Both the position numbers and the translations under genes were made by a program. Below are positions 7,898-17,790 of a stretch of 64,000 nucleotides of DNA, piece by piece; the first letter of the stretch is position 1; each line of letters begins with the position of its first letter. The notes under the pieces are model-generated. The model made no database searches. It worked only from the letters and a program-made list of their open reading frames with translations, and was not told the DNA's origin. This stretch comes from an uncultured Gaiellaceae bacterium (GTDB lineage Bacteria; Actinomycetota; Thermoleophilia; Gaiellales; Gaiellaceae). Where the stretch lies: positions 560,733-624,732 of the forward strand of contig CAWJWW010000002.1 in the NCBI GenBank assembly GCA_963846665.1. The letters run 5' to 3'.

Positions 7898-9654
7898 GCG
7901 GTCTCCTCGAGCAGTGCCCCGAGGAGCCCGTGCTCGTGGATCTCCCGGTAGACCGGGCTCGTCTCGAGCAACTCGCTCTGCGTCCCGCGCGCCTCGATCC
8001 GGCCGTGGTCGAGGACGACGATCTCGTCCGCGAGCGAGATCGTCGAGAGCCGGTGAGCGATGATGATCGTCGTCCGGCCGCGCATCGCTTCGGCGAGGCC
8101 GGTTCGGATTCGCGCTTCCGTCGTCGCATCCACGGAGGCAGTTGCGTCATCGAGGATCAGGATCCGCGGGTCGATCACGAGCGCCCGGGCGATCGCGAGC
8201 CGCTGGCGCTGGCCGCCCGAGAGCGTGATCCCGCGCTCACCGATCACGGTCTCGTACCCCTGGGGCAGCGCCTCGATGAACTCGTGCGCCTGAGCGGCTC
8301 GTGCCGCCCGCGCGACGTCCGCGTCCGTCGCCCCGAGGACGCCGAAGGCGATGTTCTCCCGGATGGTCGCGGAGAAGAGGAACGGGTCCTGCGAGATCAC
8401 GCCGATCTCGCGCCGGAGCGACCGCCGGGTGACCTCGCGCACGTCGACCCCGTCCACGAGCAGCCGACCTTCGCCGATGTCGTAGAAGCGTGGGACGAGC
8501 GCCGCGAGCGTCGTCTTCCCGGAGCCGGTGTGGCCGATCAGGGCGACCGTCGTCCCGGCCCGGACGTCCAGGTCGATCGCGTGCAGGACGGGGCGTCCTT
8601 CGACGTAGGAAAAGTCGACGCCCTCGAAGCGAAGCTCCCCGGGCCCGACGGGCAGCTCTCGCGCGTCGGGGCGGTCCCCGATCCCCTCCGGCTCGTCCAT
8701 CACTTCGAAGATCCGCTCGCCGGACGCCGTCGCCCGCTGCGCCTGACCGACCCACATCCCGAGGCTCCGGAGCGGCACGATCAGCATCGCGAGCAGGAGG
8801 TTGAAGATGAAGAAGCCGCTCAGCGAGAGCGATCCCGAGACGACCATCCTCCCGGCCGCAAGGAGGACCGCGCCCTGGGCGAGCAGCGGCAGGAAGGAGA
8901 GGAGCGGCACGTAGACCGCGCGCTGCCGGAACGCGCGCACAGTCGCGTCGAAGACTGCCCCCGACGCACGCTCGAAGAGCTCCTGCCGCCGCCCCTCCTG
9001 CGCGAACGCTTTGACGACATGGACGCCGACGATCGATTCCTCGGTCACCGTCGCCACCTCGCCGAGTTGCTGCTGGACGTCCCGGAGCACCGGATGCGAG
9101 ACGTGGCTGTAGCGGTACGCGACGGCGATGATCACCGGGGTGATCGCGAGCGCGACGAGCGCCAGCCGCCACTCGACGACGAACAGCACGGCCATCACCG
9201 AGACGACGGTGAGCACGTGCTGGAAAAAGAAGATCAGCCCGAAGCCGAGGAAGAAGCGAACGGCCTGAAGGTCGACGGTCGCCCGCGACATCAGCTGGCC
9301 CGTCTGGTGGCGGTCGTAGAAGCCGAACGAGAGCCGCAGCAGGTGGCCGTAGAGGCCCTCGCGCATGTCCCGCTCGATCCCGAGCGCCTGGCGTCCCGAG
9401 ATCACGCGCCGGCCCACCATCAGCGCCGCCTTGAGGATCCCGACGCCGACGATCGCCGCGACGACCCACGAGAGGGTGTGCGTGCCGCGCTGCGCCTGGA
9501 TTCCGTCGATCGCCTCGCCGACGAGGAGGACGATCCCGATCGCCGCCGCCTGCGAGCCGACCGCGAGGACGGTCGAAGTGATCAGCGAGCGTTTGTACGG
9601 CCGCAGGAAGCCGAGGAGACGGCGGAAGGTGCGGCGGTAGGGGACGGCGCTCAC
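7894..9654 (-). CDS. ABC transporter ATP-binding/permease (exporter half-transporter, partner of 6089-7897)
   Basis: 586 aa. Walker A GHTGSGKTT, signature LSGGQRQR, Walker B ILILDDATS. A 4-nt overlap with the downstream paralog suggests a heterodimeric exporter. Confidence 0.9.
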   Translation of the reverse strand: MSAVPYRRTFRRLLGFLRPYKRSLITSTVLAVGSQAAAIGIVLLVGEAIDGIQAQRGTHTLSWVVAAIVGVGILKAALMVGRRVISGRQALGIERDMREGLYGHLLRLSFGFYDRHQTGQLMSRATVDLQAVRFFLGFGLIFFFQHVLTVVSVMAVLFVVEWRLALVALAITPVIIAVAYRYSHVSHPVLRDVQQQLGEVATVTEESIVGVHVVKAFAQEGRRQELFERASGAVFDATVRAFRQRAVYVPLLSFLPLLAQGAVLLAAGRMVVSGSLSLSGFFIFNLLLAMLIVPLRSLGMWVGQAQRATASGERIFEVMDEPEGIGDRPDARELPVGPGELRFEGVDFSYVEGRPVLHAIDLDVRAGTTVALIGHTGSGKTTLAALVPRFYDIGEGRLLVDGVDVREVTRRSLRREIGVISQDPFLFSATIRENIAFGVLGATDADVARAARAAQAHEFIEALPQGYETVIGERGITLSGGQRQRLAIARALVIDPRILILDDATASVDATTEARIRTGLAEAMRGRTTIIIAHRLSTISLADEIVVLDHGRIEARGTQSELLETSPVYREIHEHGLLGALLEETA

Positions 9655-9660
9655 CGATGG

Positions 9661-9666
9661 AATCTA
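9661..9666 (-). promoter_or_regulatory. -10-like hexamer TAGATT (minus strand), 6 nt upstream of the ABC operon GTG 9654
   Basis: The minus strand reads TAGATT-ccatcg-GTG. Confidence 0.45.
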
Positions 9667-9675
9667 GCCGTCGCC

Positions 9676-9681
9676 TAGGCT
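9676..9681 (+). promoter_or_regulatory. -10-like hexamer TAGGCT upstream of the allantoinase gene
   Basis: TAGGCT-gtggcc-GTG(9688). The first GTG (9682) abuts the hexamer, so 9688 (VVVRGGTVV) may be the real leaderless start. Confidence 0.4.
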
Positions 9682-10965
9682 GTGGCCGTGGTCGTCCGAG
9701 GCGGCACCGTCGTCACCCCCGCGGGGAGCGTTCGCGCGGACGTCGCGATCGAGGACGGCGTGATCGTCGAGGTCGCTCCCGGCCTCGACGAGCAGGCCGA
9801 GGAGATCGACGCCGACGGGGCTGCACGTCCTGCCCGGCGTCGTCGACGCGCACGTCCATTTCAACGATCCCGGCCGTACGGAGTGGGAGGGGGCCGCGAC
9901 CGGGAGCGCCGCGCTCGCCGCGGGCGGCGGCACCTGCTTCCTCGACATGCCGCTGAACGCGCACCCGCCGACGCTCGACGCGGCCTCGTTCGACGCCAAG
10001 CGCGCCGTGCTCGAGGCCGCGGCGGTCGCGGACTTCGGGCTCTGGGGCGGGCTCGTCCCCGGGAACGAGGGCTCGCTGGAGGAGCTCGCGGCCCGTGGCG
10101 TCGTCGGCTTCAAGGCGTTCATGTCGCCGAGCGGGATCGACGACTTCGAGTCCGCCGACGTGCCGACGCTGCGCCGCGGGATGGAGATCGCGGCCGGGCT
10201 CGGGCTCCCGGTCGCGGTCCACGCCGAGGATCCCGGCAGCCTCCTGCTCCCGTCGGGCACGGGCTGGCTCGACTGGTGCCGCAGCCGGCCCGTCGACGCC
10301 GAGCTGGCCGCGATCGAGACGGCGCTCGGGCTCGCGGAGGAGACCGGTTGCTCGCTTCACGTCGTCCACGTCTCGAGCGGCGCCGGGATCCGGCTCGTGA
10401 CCGAGGCCCGGGCGCGCGGCGTCGACGCCACCTGCGAGACCTGCCCGCACTACCTCGCCTTCACCGAGGAGGACGCCGAGCGAGCTCGGCGCGCTCGGCA
10501 AGTGCGCGCCGCCGCTCCGGGACGCGGCGCACCGGGACGACCTGCTCGCCGAGCTCCGGGCGGGGCAGGATCGACCTCGTCGCGAGCGACCACTCGCCGG
10601 CGCCCGCGTCGATGAAGGGCGGCGACGCGTTCGCGGCCTGGGGCGGGATCTCCGGCTGCCAGACGCTGCTGCCGGCGCTCCTCACCCACGGCGGCGTCGG
10701 GGTGGAGGAGGCCGCGAGGCTGACGGCCACAGCTCCGGCGGAGCGCTTCCGCCTCGCCGGCAAGGGGCGGATCGAGCCCGGCGCCGACGCCGATCTCGCG
10801 CTCGTCGCGCTCGGCGAGGAGTGGACGCTCGCCGCGGCCGACCTCCGCTACCGCCATCCGCACAGCCCCTACGTGGGCCGCGGCTTCACCGGCCGGGTCG
10901 TGGAGACGCTGCTCCGCGGCGGCGCGACCCGCGGGCGGCTCGTCACTCCTCTCCCAACCGCCTGA
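9682..10965 (+). pseudogene. allB: allantoinase / cyclic amidohydrolase (at least 3 frame switches)
   Basis: Reassembled from frames 9682, 9947 and back: VVRGGTVV..LHVLPGVVDAHVHFNDPGRTEWEG..GFKAFMSPSG..VAVHAED..CETCPHYL..IDLVASDHSPAP. Switches lie near 9826 (GGGG run), 10487 and 10566. Confidence 0.8.
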
Positions 10966-11569
10966 CCTCGCGCCGCACGTGCGTGAGCGCCTTGCCGAGA
11001 CGTGCCTTGTTCTCGGCCACGTTGAGCCAGCCGCTGGCGCCGGAGGGGTGGGGGAGCGGGACGACGATCGCGTCGTCGCCCGGTCCAGAAGGGAGCGTGT
11101 AGCTCTTGCCGATGCACTCGGTCAGGGTCGGGATCCCGAGCAGCCGCTTCACCGCGAGCCCGCCGACGGTGACGATCAGCTGCGGCCGCAGCAGCCGCAG
11201 CTCCCAGTCGCGCCAGAACTCGCAGAGCTGCTGCTCGCGCGGTGTCGGCGTCCGGTCGCCGCGGCCCGAGGCGGGCCGGCCCGGGTAGCAGCGGGTGACG
11301 GAGGCGCAGTAGAAGGTCTCGTAGAGCTCGTCGCCCTCGACGCCGAGCCAGCGGCGCAACGTCGCGCCCGCGCGCCCGCGCCAGGGGAGCCCTTCCTCGC
11401 CCTCGACGATCCCCGGCGCCTGCCCGAAGAGGTAGGCGCGCTGTCCGGCCAGAGGTGCTCGTACGGGCCACGACTCGAGCGGGTACCCCGCCTCGACGCA
11501 GGCGCGGCAGACGGCGGTGTCCCGCTGCAGCGAGGGCAGCGAGCGGTACGACGAGCGGCGAACGGTCAC
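10943..11569 (-). CDS. uracil-DNA glycosylase family protein
   Basis: VTVRRSS..CRACVEAGY..AYLFGQAPGIVEGEEGLPWRGRAG..LPHPSGASGWL. GTG 11569 overlaps the corrected stop of the upstream methyltransferase (GTGA). Confidence 0.75.
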   Translation of the reverse strand: MTVRRSSYRSLPSLQRDTAVCRACVEAGYPLESWPVRAPLAGQRAYLFGQAPGIVEGEEGLPWRGRAGATLRRWLGVEGDELYETFYCASVTRCYPGRPASGRGDRTPTPREQQLCEFWRDWELRLLRPQLIVTVGGLAVKRLLGIPTLTECIGKSYTLPSGPGDDAIVVPLPHPSGASGWLNVAENKARLGKALTHVRREVRRLGEE

Positions 11570-12154
11570 GCGCGGACGGCGACGAACCAGGTGCCGGCGA
11601 GGAGCACCTCGCCGCCGCCGAGCTCGCGCGGCGAGCCCCTCGGCGTCGAAGTAGCGCTTGTAGACCTCCCAGCGGGAGCCGTCGTTCAGGATCCGCTCCT
11701 GCCACTCCTCCGGCTCGACGTCCGGCCGGAGGGCCGAATCGACGACGACGAGCTCGGGAGCGACGCGGCGCGCCTCGGCGAGGAATCGCGTCCGTGCCGG
11801 CTCCTCGAGGTGCCCGTAGAAGTGGCTCGTGAAGACGCGCTCGAAGGTGCCGTCCTCGAAGGGGAGGCGGAGCGCGTCGGCTTCGACGAATGCCGTCCCC
11901 GGCAAGCGAGCCGCCGCGAGCTTCAGCGAGGAGGGGCTGCCGTCGAGGCCCGTGATCTCGCCGGGCAGGTGCTGGGTGAGGAACCCGGTCCCGCAGGCGA
12001 CGTCGAGCGTGCGCGCGGGCGGAAGCGCGCGCAGGAGCCCGGTGAGCTGCTCCCGCTCCTCGTCCCAGCCGGGCCGGTCGCGATCGGCGAAGCGGCCGGT
12101 GCCGAGCCACCAGTCGTCGTACTCGGGGGCACGGGCCTCGTAGTACTGCTGCAC
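11566..12154 (-). pseudogene. class I SAM-dependent methyltransferase (one frameshift near 11630)
   Basis: LDVACGTGFLTQHL..LPFEDGTFERVFTSHFYGHL. After YFDAEGLAA the natural tail ELGGGEVLLAGTWFVAVRA-stop is one base out of frame, so the track shows a false fusion with the UDG gene. Confidence 0.75.
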
Positions 12155-12160
12155 GCTTCC

Positions 12161-12166
12161 AGAGTA
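12161..12166 (-). promoter_or_regulatory. -10-like hexamer TACTCT (minus strand), 6 nt upstream of GTG 12154
   Basis: The minus strand reads TACTCT-ggaagc-GTG. Confidence 0.45.
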
Positions 12167-12174
12167 AGCAGACC

Positions 12175-12180
12175 TAGAGT
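12175..12180 (+). promoter_or_regulatory. -10-like hexamer TAGAGT, 6 nt upstream of ATG 12187
   Basis: TAGAGT-aggccg-ATG read directly. Confidence 0.45.
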
Positions 12181-12186
12181 AGGCCG

Positions 12187-13080
12187 ATGCTCGAAGCGGT
12201 GCCGAACTTCTCCGAGGGCCGCGACGGCGCGGTGATCGAGGCCCTACGGGCGGCTCTCGACGGGCCCGCCCGGCTCCTCGACGTCCACGTCGACGGCGAC
12301 CACAACCGCTCGGTCTTCACCCTCGTCGGCGAGCGCGGCGACCTCGTCGACTCGCTCCTCGCCGGGATCGCCTGCGCGCGCGACCGGATCGACCTCCAGG
12401 CCCAGGAAGGGGCGCACCCGAGGATCGGCGCCGCCGACGTCGTCCCGATCGTCCCGGTTCGGCCCGGCGACCTGCCCGCGGCGAAGGAGGTCGCGCTCGA
12501 GCTCGCACGCCGCATCGGCGAGGAGCTCGGCCTGCCCGTCTTCCTCTACGGCGAGCTCGCGCCCGGCCGCGGCCCTGCGTTCTTCCGTCGGGGCGGCACC
12601 GCCGAGCTCGCGCGCAGGCTCGAGGCCGGGGAGCTGCAGCCGGACTTCGGACCGCCTGCGCTGCACGAGCGGGCGGGCGGCGTGATCGTCGGGGCGAGGC
12701 GGCCGCTGATCGCCTTCAACGTCAACCTCCGGGGCGACCTGGAGACGGCGCGCGAGATCGCCGCCGTCGTCCGCGAGACGGGTGGCGGTTTCCCGGGCGT
12801 CCGCGCGCTCGGGCTCGACCTGCCGCGCGCCGGGGTCGTCCAGGTCTCGATGAACGTCGAGGACTACGAGGCGGCGGCGCTGCACGAGCTCGTGGAGCGG
12901 ATCGGCGAGGAGGCGGCGCAGCGCGGGGCGGAGGTCGTCGGCTCGGAGCTCGTCGGGCTGATGCCGGCGGGCGCCGCGCTGGCCGCCGCCGGGGCGGCAC
13001 TCCGGATCGACCGCTTCGACGCGCGTCATGTGCTGGAGCTGCGGATCGCCGACCTAGAATCGGGGCATGGACGGACCTGA
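12187..13080 (+). CDS. glutamate formimidoyltransferase
   Basis: MLEAVPNFSEGRD..VDGDHNRSVFTLVG..HPRIGAADVVP matches the formiminotransferase N-terminal and central domains. 297 aa. Confidence 0.8.
   Translation: MLEAVPNFSEGRDGAVIEALRAALDGPARLLDVHVDGDHNRSVFTLVGERGDLVDSLLAGIACARDRIDLQAQEGAHPRIGAADVVPIVPVRPGDLPAAKEVALELARRIGEELGLPVFLYGELAPGRGPAFFRRGGTAELARRLEAGELQPDFGPPALHERAGGVIVGARRPLIAFNVNLRGDLETAREIAAVVRETGGGFPGVRALGLDLPRAGVVQVSMNVEDYEAAALHELVERIGEEAAQRGAEVVGSELVGLMPAGAALAAAGAALRIDRFDARHVLELRIADLESGHGRT
13055..13060 (+). promoter_or_regulatory. -10-like hexamer TAGAAT, 6 nt upstream of ATG 13067
   Basis: TAGAAT-cggggc-ATG. It lies inside the 3' end of the preceding gene. Confidence 0.35.
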
Positions 13081-13285
13081 CGAGACGCGCGAGGCGCCGC
13101 TCCCGAAGCGGCCCTACCGGGACACGCTCCTGCTCAACCTCGGGCTCGGCGGCCTGATCCTGCTCCTCGCGTGGGCGACCGGCGGCGAGCTCGCCCGCGC
13201 AGTCGAGGTCGCGATCGGGTTCGTCGTCGTCGCGACCGGCTGGAGCTGGTGGCGGTTCCACCGCCGGCTCGGCGGCCGTCACTAG
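13067..13285 (+). CDS. small membrane protein (2 predicted TM helices)
   Basis: 72 aa. LLLNLGLGGLILLLAW and AIGFVVVATGWSWW are hydrophobic spans. Confidence 0.5.
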   Translation: MDGPDETREAPLPKRPYRDTLLLNLGLGGLILLLAWATGGELARAVEVAIGFVVVATGWSWWRFHRRLGGRH

Positions 13286-13288
13286 ACT
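13283..13288 (+). promoter_or_regulatory. -10-like hexamer TAGACT, 6 nt upstream of ATG 13295
   Basis: TAGACT-cgacgc-ATG read directly. Confidence 0.4.
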
Positions 13289-13294
13289 CGACGC

Positions 13295-13720
13295 ATGCCT
13301 TCGAAGAAGCAGAAGCGACGCCGCGAGAAGCTGAAGCGCCACGAGTGGGAAGAGGTCTACGTCGACGCGGACGGGAACGAGCTCGACGCGGACCAGGCGG
13401 CAGAGCTCGTCGAGCCCGCGAAGGCCGCGAAGGGGAAGGCGCAGCCCCAGGGCCGCGCCCGCAACCGGCGCACCGTCGAGCCGCCCTCGTGGAAGCGGAC
13501 GGCCAAGCGCGGCGCGCTCTTCTTCCCGCTGATGCTGGTCGTCGTCTTCGTCCTCGGCGCGAGCGACGAGACCACGGTCGCGCAGAAGATCGTCTCGACC
13601 CTCTTCCTGATGGCGTTCTTCCTGCCGTTCAGCTACTTCCTCGACACGATGGTCTGGCGCGCGACGCAGCGCCGGCTGAACCGGCCGTCCGAGACCAAGC
13701 CCCAGCGGAAGAAGCGCTAG
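13295..13720 (+). CDS. membrane protein with Lys/Arg-rich N-terminus
   Basis: 141 aa. MPSKKQKRRREKLKRHEWEEVYVD.. is followed by two hydrophobic spans (ALFFPLMLVVVFVL, LFLMAFFLPFSYFL). Confidence 0.6.
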   Translation: MPSKKQKRRREKLKRHEWEEVYVDADGNELDADQAAELVEPAKAAKGKAQPQGRARNRRTVEPPSWKRTAKRGALFFPLMLVVVFVLGASDETTVAQKIVSTLFLMAFFLPFSYFLDTMVWRATQRRLNRPSETKPQRKKR

Positions 13721-14049
13721 GTCGAGCCGCGGTAGTGGCCCTCGCCGGGCCACGGCGCCAGCAGCAGCAGCACGCGGGCGCCGCCCGACGAGGCGAGCGA
13801 GTGCCGCTCGTCCGGGTCGAAGCGGCAGAGGGAGCCGGGGCCGGCCTCGATCGACTCGCCGCTGGCCGAGATCGTGACGTTGCCCTCGAGCACCGTCACC
13901 CACGCGTTCTCCTTGACCTGGTGGTCGCCGAGCTCCTGACCGGGGTTGAGCACGATCAGGATCGCGCGCGCCTCGTTCCCCGAATGGACGACGATCGGGT
14001 CGCGCGTCCCGTCGGGCGCCTGCATCTCGTTCAGGTTCCAGCTCTGCAT
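13717..14049 (-). CDS. cupin domain protein
   Basis: 110 aa. ILIVLNPGQELGDHQVKENAWVTVLEGNVTI..GSLCRFDPDERHSL fits a cupin beta-barrel pattern. Confidence 0.7.
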   Translation of the reverse strand: MQSWNLNEMQAPDGTRDPIVVHSGNEARAILIVLNPGQELGDHQVKENAWVTVLEGNVTISASGESIEAGPGSLCRFDPDERHSLASSGGARVLLLLAPWPGEGHYRGST

Positions 14050-14074
14050 GGGAAAGGCTCTTCCCCCTCGTCGT

Positions 14075-14080
14075 TAGACT
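14075..14080 (+). promoter_or_regulatory. -10-like hexamer TAGACT, 9 nt upstream of ATG 14090
   Basis: TAGACT-caaccgccc-ATG read directly. Confidence 0.4.
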
Positions 14081-14089
14081 CAACCGCCC

Positions 14090-14731
14090 ATGGCGCTCGC
14101 GGTCGAACAGCTCTCGCTCGGCGCCATCGGCACGAACTGTTACCTCGTCCGGCAACACCCTAACGCCCCCGAGGCCGTCGTGATCGACCCCGGGGCGGAA
14201 GCGGGGCGGATCCAGGAACGTCTTGCGGAGCTGGGCGCGACCTGCAGCGCGATCCTGCTCACGCACTCGCACTGGGACCACTGGGGCGCCCTCGCGGAGC
14301 TCGCCCGGGCGACCGGCGCACCCGTCTGGCTGCCGGAGGGGGAGCTGGCGGTGTTCGAGCGTCCGGACGAGTTCTACGGCCCGTTCGGAATCGAGGTCCC
14401 CGCCTACGCGGGGCCGAGCACGCCGCTCGCCGGCGGCGAGACCCTCGACGCGGCGGGCGTCTCCTTCCGCGTCGACGCGGCCCCGGGCCACTCGCCCGGC
14501 CACATCACCTACTGGGCCGACGGGCATCTCTTCGGCGGCGACGTCCTCTTCGCACGCTCCGTCGGCCGCACCGACCTCCCCGGCGGCGACTGGGACACCC
14601 TGCTCGACTCGATCCGCCGGCTCGCGGACGCCTACCCGCCCGAGACCGAGGTGCACCCGGGCCACGGCGCCTCGACCACGCTCGGGGCCGAGCTCGCAGC
14701 CAACCCGTTCCTCGACGAGCTCCGCGCGTGA
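14090..14731 (+). CDS. MBL-fold metallo-hydrolase (glyoxalase II-like)
   Basis: NCYLV..VIDPG..ILLTHSHWDHWG..APGHSPGH..GDVLF..GRTDLPGG..HPGHG. Confidence 0.85.
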   Translation: MALAVEQLSLGAIGTNCYLVRQHPNAPEAVVIDPGAEAGRIQERLAELGATCSAILLTHSHWDHWGALAELARATGAPVWLPEGELAVFERPDEFYGPFGIEVPAYAGPSTPLAGGETLDAAGVSFRVDAAPGHSPGHITYWADGHLFGGDVLFARSVGRTDLPGGDWDTLLDSIRRLADAYPPETEVHPGHGASTTLGAELAANPFLDELRA

Positions 14732-15974
14732 GCCGGATCGAGCCCCCGCGCGGCACGCACGACATCGTGCCGGCCGACCAGCCGCTCTGGCAGCGGGTCA
14801 CGGGCGAGGCCGAGCGCCTCTGCGCGCTCGCCGGCTACCGGCGGATCCAGACGCCCGGTCTTCGAGGACACCGACCTCTTCCAGCGCACCTCCGGCGCAG
14901 GGCTCGGACGTCGTCCAGAAGGAGATGTACACCTTCACCGACCGCAGCGACCGCTCGCTGACGCTCCGGCCCGAGGGCACCGCGCCGATCTGCCGCGCGT
15001 ACCTCTCGAACGGGATGCAGCAGGAGCCGCAGCCGCAGAAGCTCTTCACGATCGCGCCGATGTACCGCTACGGCCGCCCGGGCAAGGGCCGCTACCGCGA
15101 GCACTGGCAGCTCTCGGTCGAGGCGATCGGCTCGGACGATCCTGCCCTCGACGCCGAGGTGATCCACCTCTACGACACGCTCCTGCGGAACCTCGGCGTC
15201 AGCGACTACCAGCTGGAGTTGAACTCGATCGGCGACGCCGCCTGCAGGCCGGCCTACGTCGAGGCGCTGCGAGCCTGGCTGGGCGAGCGGGAGGAGGAGC
15301 TGGACGCCGACACGCGTGCCAAGCTCGCGGTCAGCCCGCTCCGCGCCCTCGACAACCTCGCCGCGAAGCCGCCGGCGGTGCAGGAGCTGCTCGCGGGGGC
15401 GCCCACGATCGGCGACTCGCTCTGCGAGGCCTGCGTCGAGCACTTCGCGCAGGTGCGCGGCTTCCTCGACGAGCTGGGTGTCGCCTACACGCTCGTGCCG
15501 ACGCTCGTCCGCGGCCTCGACTACTACACCCGCACGACCTGGGAGTTCGTCGGCCCGATGGACGGCGCCAACTCGACGATCTCGGGCGGCGGCCGCTACG
15601 ACGGCCTGATCGAGGAGATCGGCGGCCCGGCGACGCCCGCCGTCGGCTTCGGCGCTGGGCTGGAGCGGCTCGTGCTCGCGCTCGAGGACGCCGGCGTGAC
15701 CGCCGAGCCGCCGGCTCTCGACGTCTTCGTCGCGGTGGAGCCGGAAGCGTCCCGGACCGCCGCGCTCGCGCTCGTGCAGCAGTTGCGCGAGGCCGGGCTC
15801 GCGACCGACACGGACTACGCGGGCCGCTCGCTCAAGGGTCAGCTGACCCAGGCCGGCCGGACCGGCGCGGCGACGACGGTGATCGTCGGAGCGGACGGCG
15901 CCACGCTGCGGCGGCGCGGCTCGGCGGACGAACCGCTCGGCCTCGCCGAGGTTTTCGCCAGACTGACCGCGTGA
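14728..15974 (+). pseudogene. hisS: histidine--tRNA ligase (two single-base insertions near 14858 and 14897)
   Basis: N-terminus PPRGTHDIVP..AGYRRIQTP is in frame 14728. VFEDTDLFQRTSGAG is offset by one base. The rest (DVVQKEMYTF..LRPEGTAP..YRYGRPGKGRYREHWQ) is in frame 14223-15974. Both offsets sit at G runs. Confidence 0.9.
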
Positions 15975-17711
15975 CCACCTGGCGCACCCACATGTGCGGC
16001 GAGCCGACCGCGGCACTCGTCGGCGAGCGCGTGACCCTCTCCGGCTGGGCCGCCCGGCGCCGCGACCACGGCGGCCTCGTCTTCATCGACCTGCGCGACC
16101 GGACGGGCGTGACCCAGCTCGTGCTCAACCCCGAGACGGCGCCGGAGGCGGCCGAGCTCGCGCACGGGATCCGGAACGAGTTCGTGCTCCGCGCCGAGGG
16201 CGAGCTCGTGGCGCGCTCGCCCGAGACGGTCAACCCGAACATGCCGACCGGCGAGGTCGAGCTGAAGGTGGAGACGCTCGAGATCGTCAGCCGCTCGACG
16301 CCGCTTCCGTTCCAGCTCGACGAGGAGAACGTCGACGAGACGCTGCGCCTGCGCTACCGCTGGCTCGACCTGCGCCGCGAGAAGCTCCAGCGCAACATCA
16401 CGCTGCGCGCGCAGATGGTCGGGATCATCCGGCGGACGATGGAGGAGGCCGGCTTCCTCGACATCCAGACCCCGATCCTCTTCAAGCCGACCCCCGAGGG
16501 TGCCCGCGACTTCATCGTCCCGGCGCGGCTCCAGCCCGGCCGCTTCTACGCGCTCCCGCAGAGCCCGCAGATCCTCAAGCAGCTGACGATGGTCGCCGGC
16601 TTCGACCGCTACTACCAGATCGCGATCTGCTTCCGGGACGAGGATCTCCGCGCCGACCGCGTCCAGGAGATCACCCAGCTCGACGTCGAGATGAGCTTCC
16701 CCGACCAGGAGCTCCTCTTCTCGCTGATGGAGCAGATGTTCGGCCGGATCTGGCAGGAGTGCCTCGGGATCGAGATCCCGGCGCGGTTCGAGCGGATGAC
16801 CTACGAGGAGGCCGACCGCCGCTTCGGCTCCGACAAGCCCGACACGCGCTTCGCCCTCGAGCTCGAGGACGCGACCGAGGCCACCCGCGGCTCCGAGTTC
16901 GGCGTCTTCGCGGGTGCCGAGGCCGTGCGCTTCCTCCGCGTCCCGAAGGCGTTCAGCCGCGGCGAGCTCGCGAAGCTCGAGGAGGTCGCGAAGGAGTGGG
17001 GGGCCAAGGGGCTCGCCTACCTCGTCTTCGACGGCGGCGAGGTGCGCTCGCCGATCGCCAAGTTCCTCTCGGAGGCCGAGCTCGCCGTCGTTCGGCGGCA
17101 AGGACGGGGAGACGCTCCTCTTCGCGGCCGACCGCCACGAGCTGACCTCGCGCGTCCTCGGCGCGCTCCGGCTCCACCTGGGCCGGGAGCTGGGCCTGAT
17201 CGACGAGAGCGTCTTCACGTTCCTCTGGGTCTACGACTTCCCGATGTTCGAGCGGGACGACGAGGAGAGTCGCTGGACTGCGGTGCACCACCCGTTCACC
17301 CGCCCGACCGACGGGTGGAAGGAGCGGTTCGGGGAGGAGCCCGGCCAGGCGCTCGCCCATGCGTACGACCTGATCGTGAACGGGAACGAGCTCGGCGGCG
17401 GCAGCTTCAGGATCCACGAGCCCGAGATCCAGGGGAAGGTGTTCGAGCTCCTGGGGATGGCGGAGGCGGAGCAGCGCTCGAAGTTCGGCTTCCTCCTCGA
17501 CGCCCTGGCGATGGGCGCGCCCCCGATGGGTGGGATCGCGCTCGGGATCGACCGGATGACGATGGTGCTCGCCGGCGAGCCGAACCTGCGCGACGTGATC
17601 GCGTTCCCGAAGAACCAGGCCGGGGCCGATCCGATGAGCGGGGCGCCGTCCGACGTGACGGAGGAACAGCTCCGCGAGCTCGGAATACGGCTGTCGGCGC
17701 CTCAGACGTAA
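15971..17711 (+). pseudogene. aspS: aspartate--tRNA ligase (frameshift near 17090)
   Basis: FIDLRDRTG..QSPQILKQL..CFRDEDLRADR is in frame 15971. GGKDGETLLFAAD..HHPFTRP..GGGSFRIH..GGIALGIDR is in frame 16914-17711. Confidence 0.9.
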
Positions 17712-17790
17712 CGAATTCCCGCCAACGGCCGATACACGAGGCATACTTTCCCTTACCGCCGGGTCTCGGCGTGCACTCGAACCGGAGCAG

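Noticed and set aside
4764-8150. A 1128-aa 'giant' ORF suggesting an ABC-RDD-HD fusion protein.
   Set aside because: The N-terminal two thirds are the wrong frame of the ABC gene. The RDD-HD junction is explained by a single-base indel near 5690, which hides the RDD stop (expected tail HDKLAHSVVVRTP-stop overlapping the HD GTG).
10943-12154. Methyltransferase-uracil-DNA-glycosylase fusion protein.
   Set aside because: One extra base near 11630 removes the methyltransferase stop. The corrected frame ends in ..WFVAVRA-TGA, overlapping a GTG start for the glycosylase.
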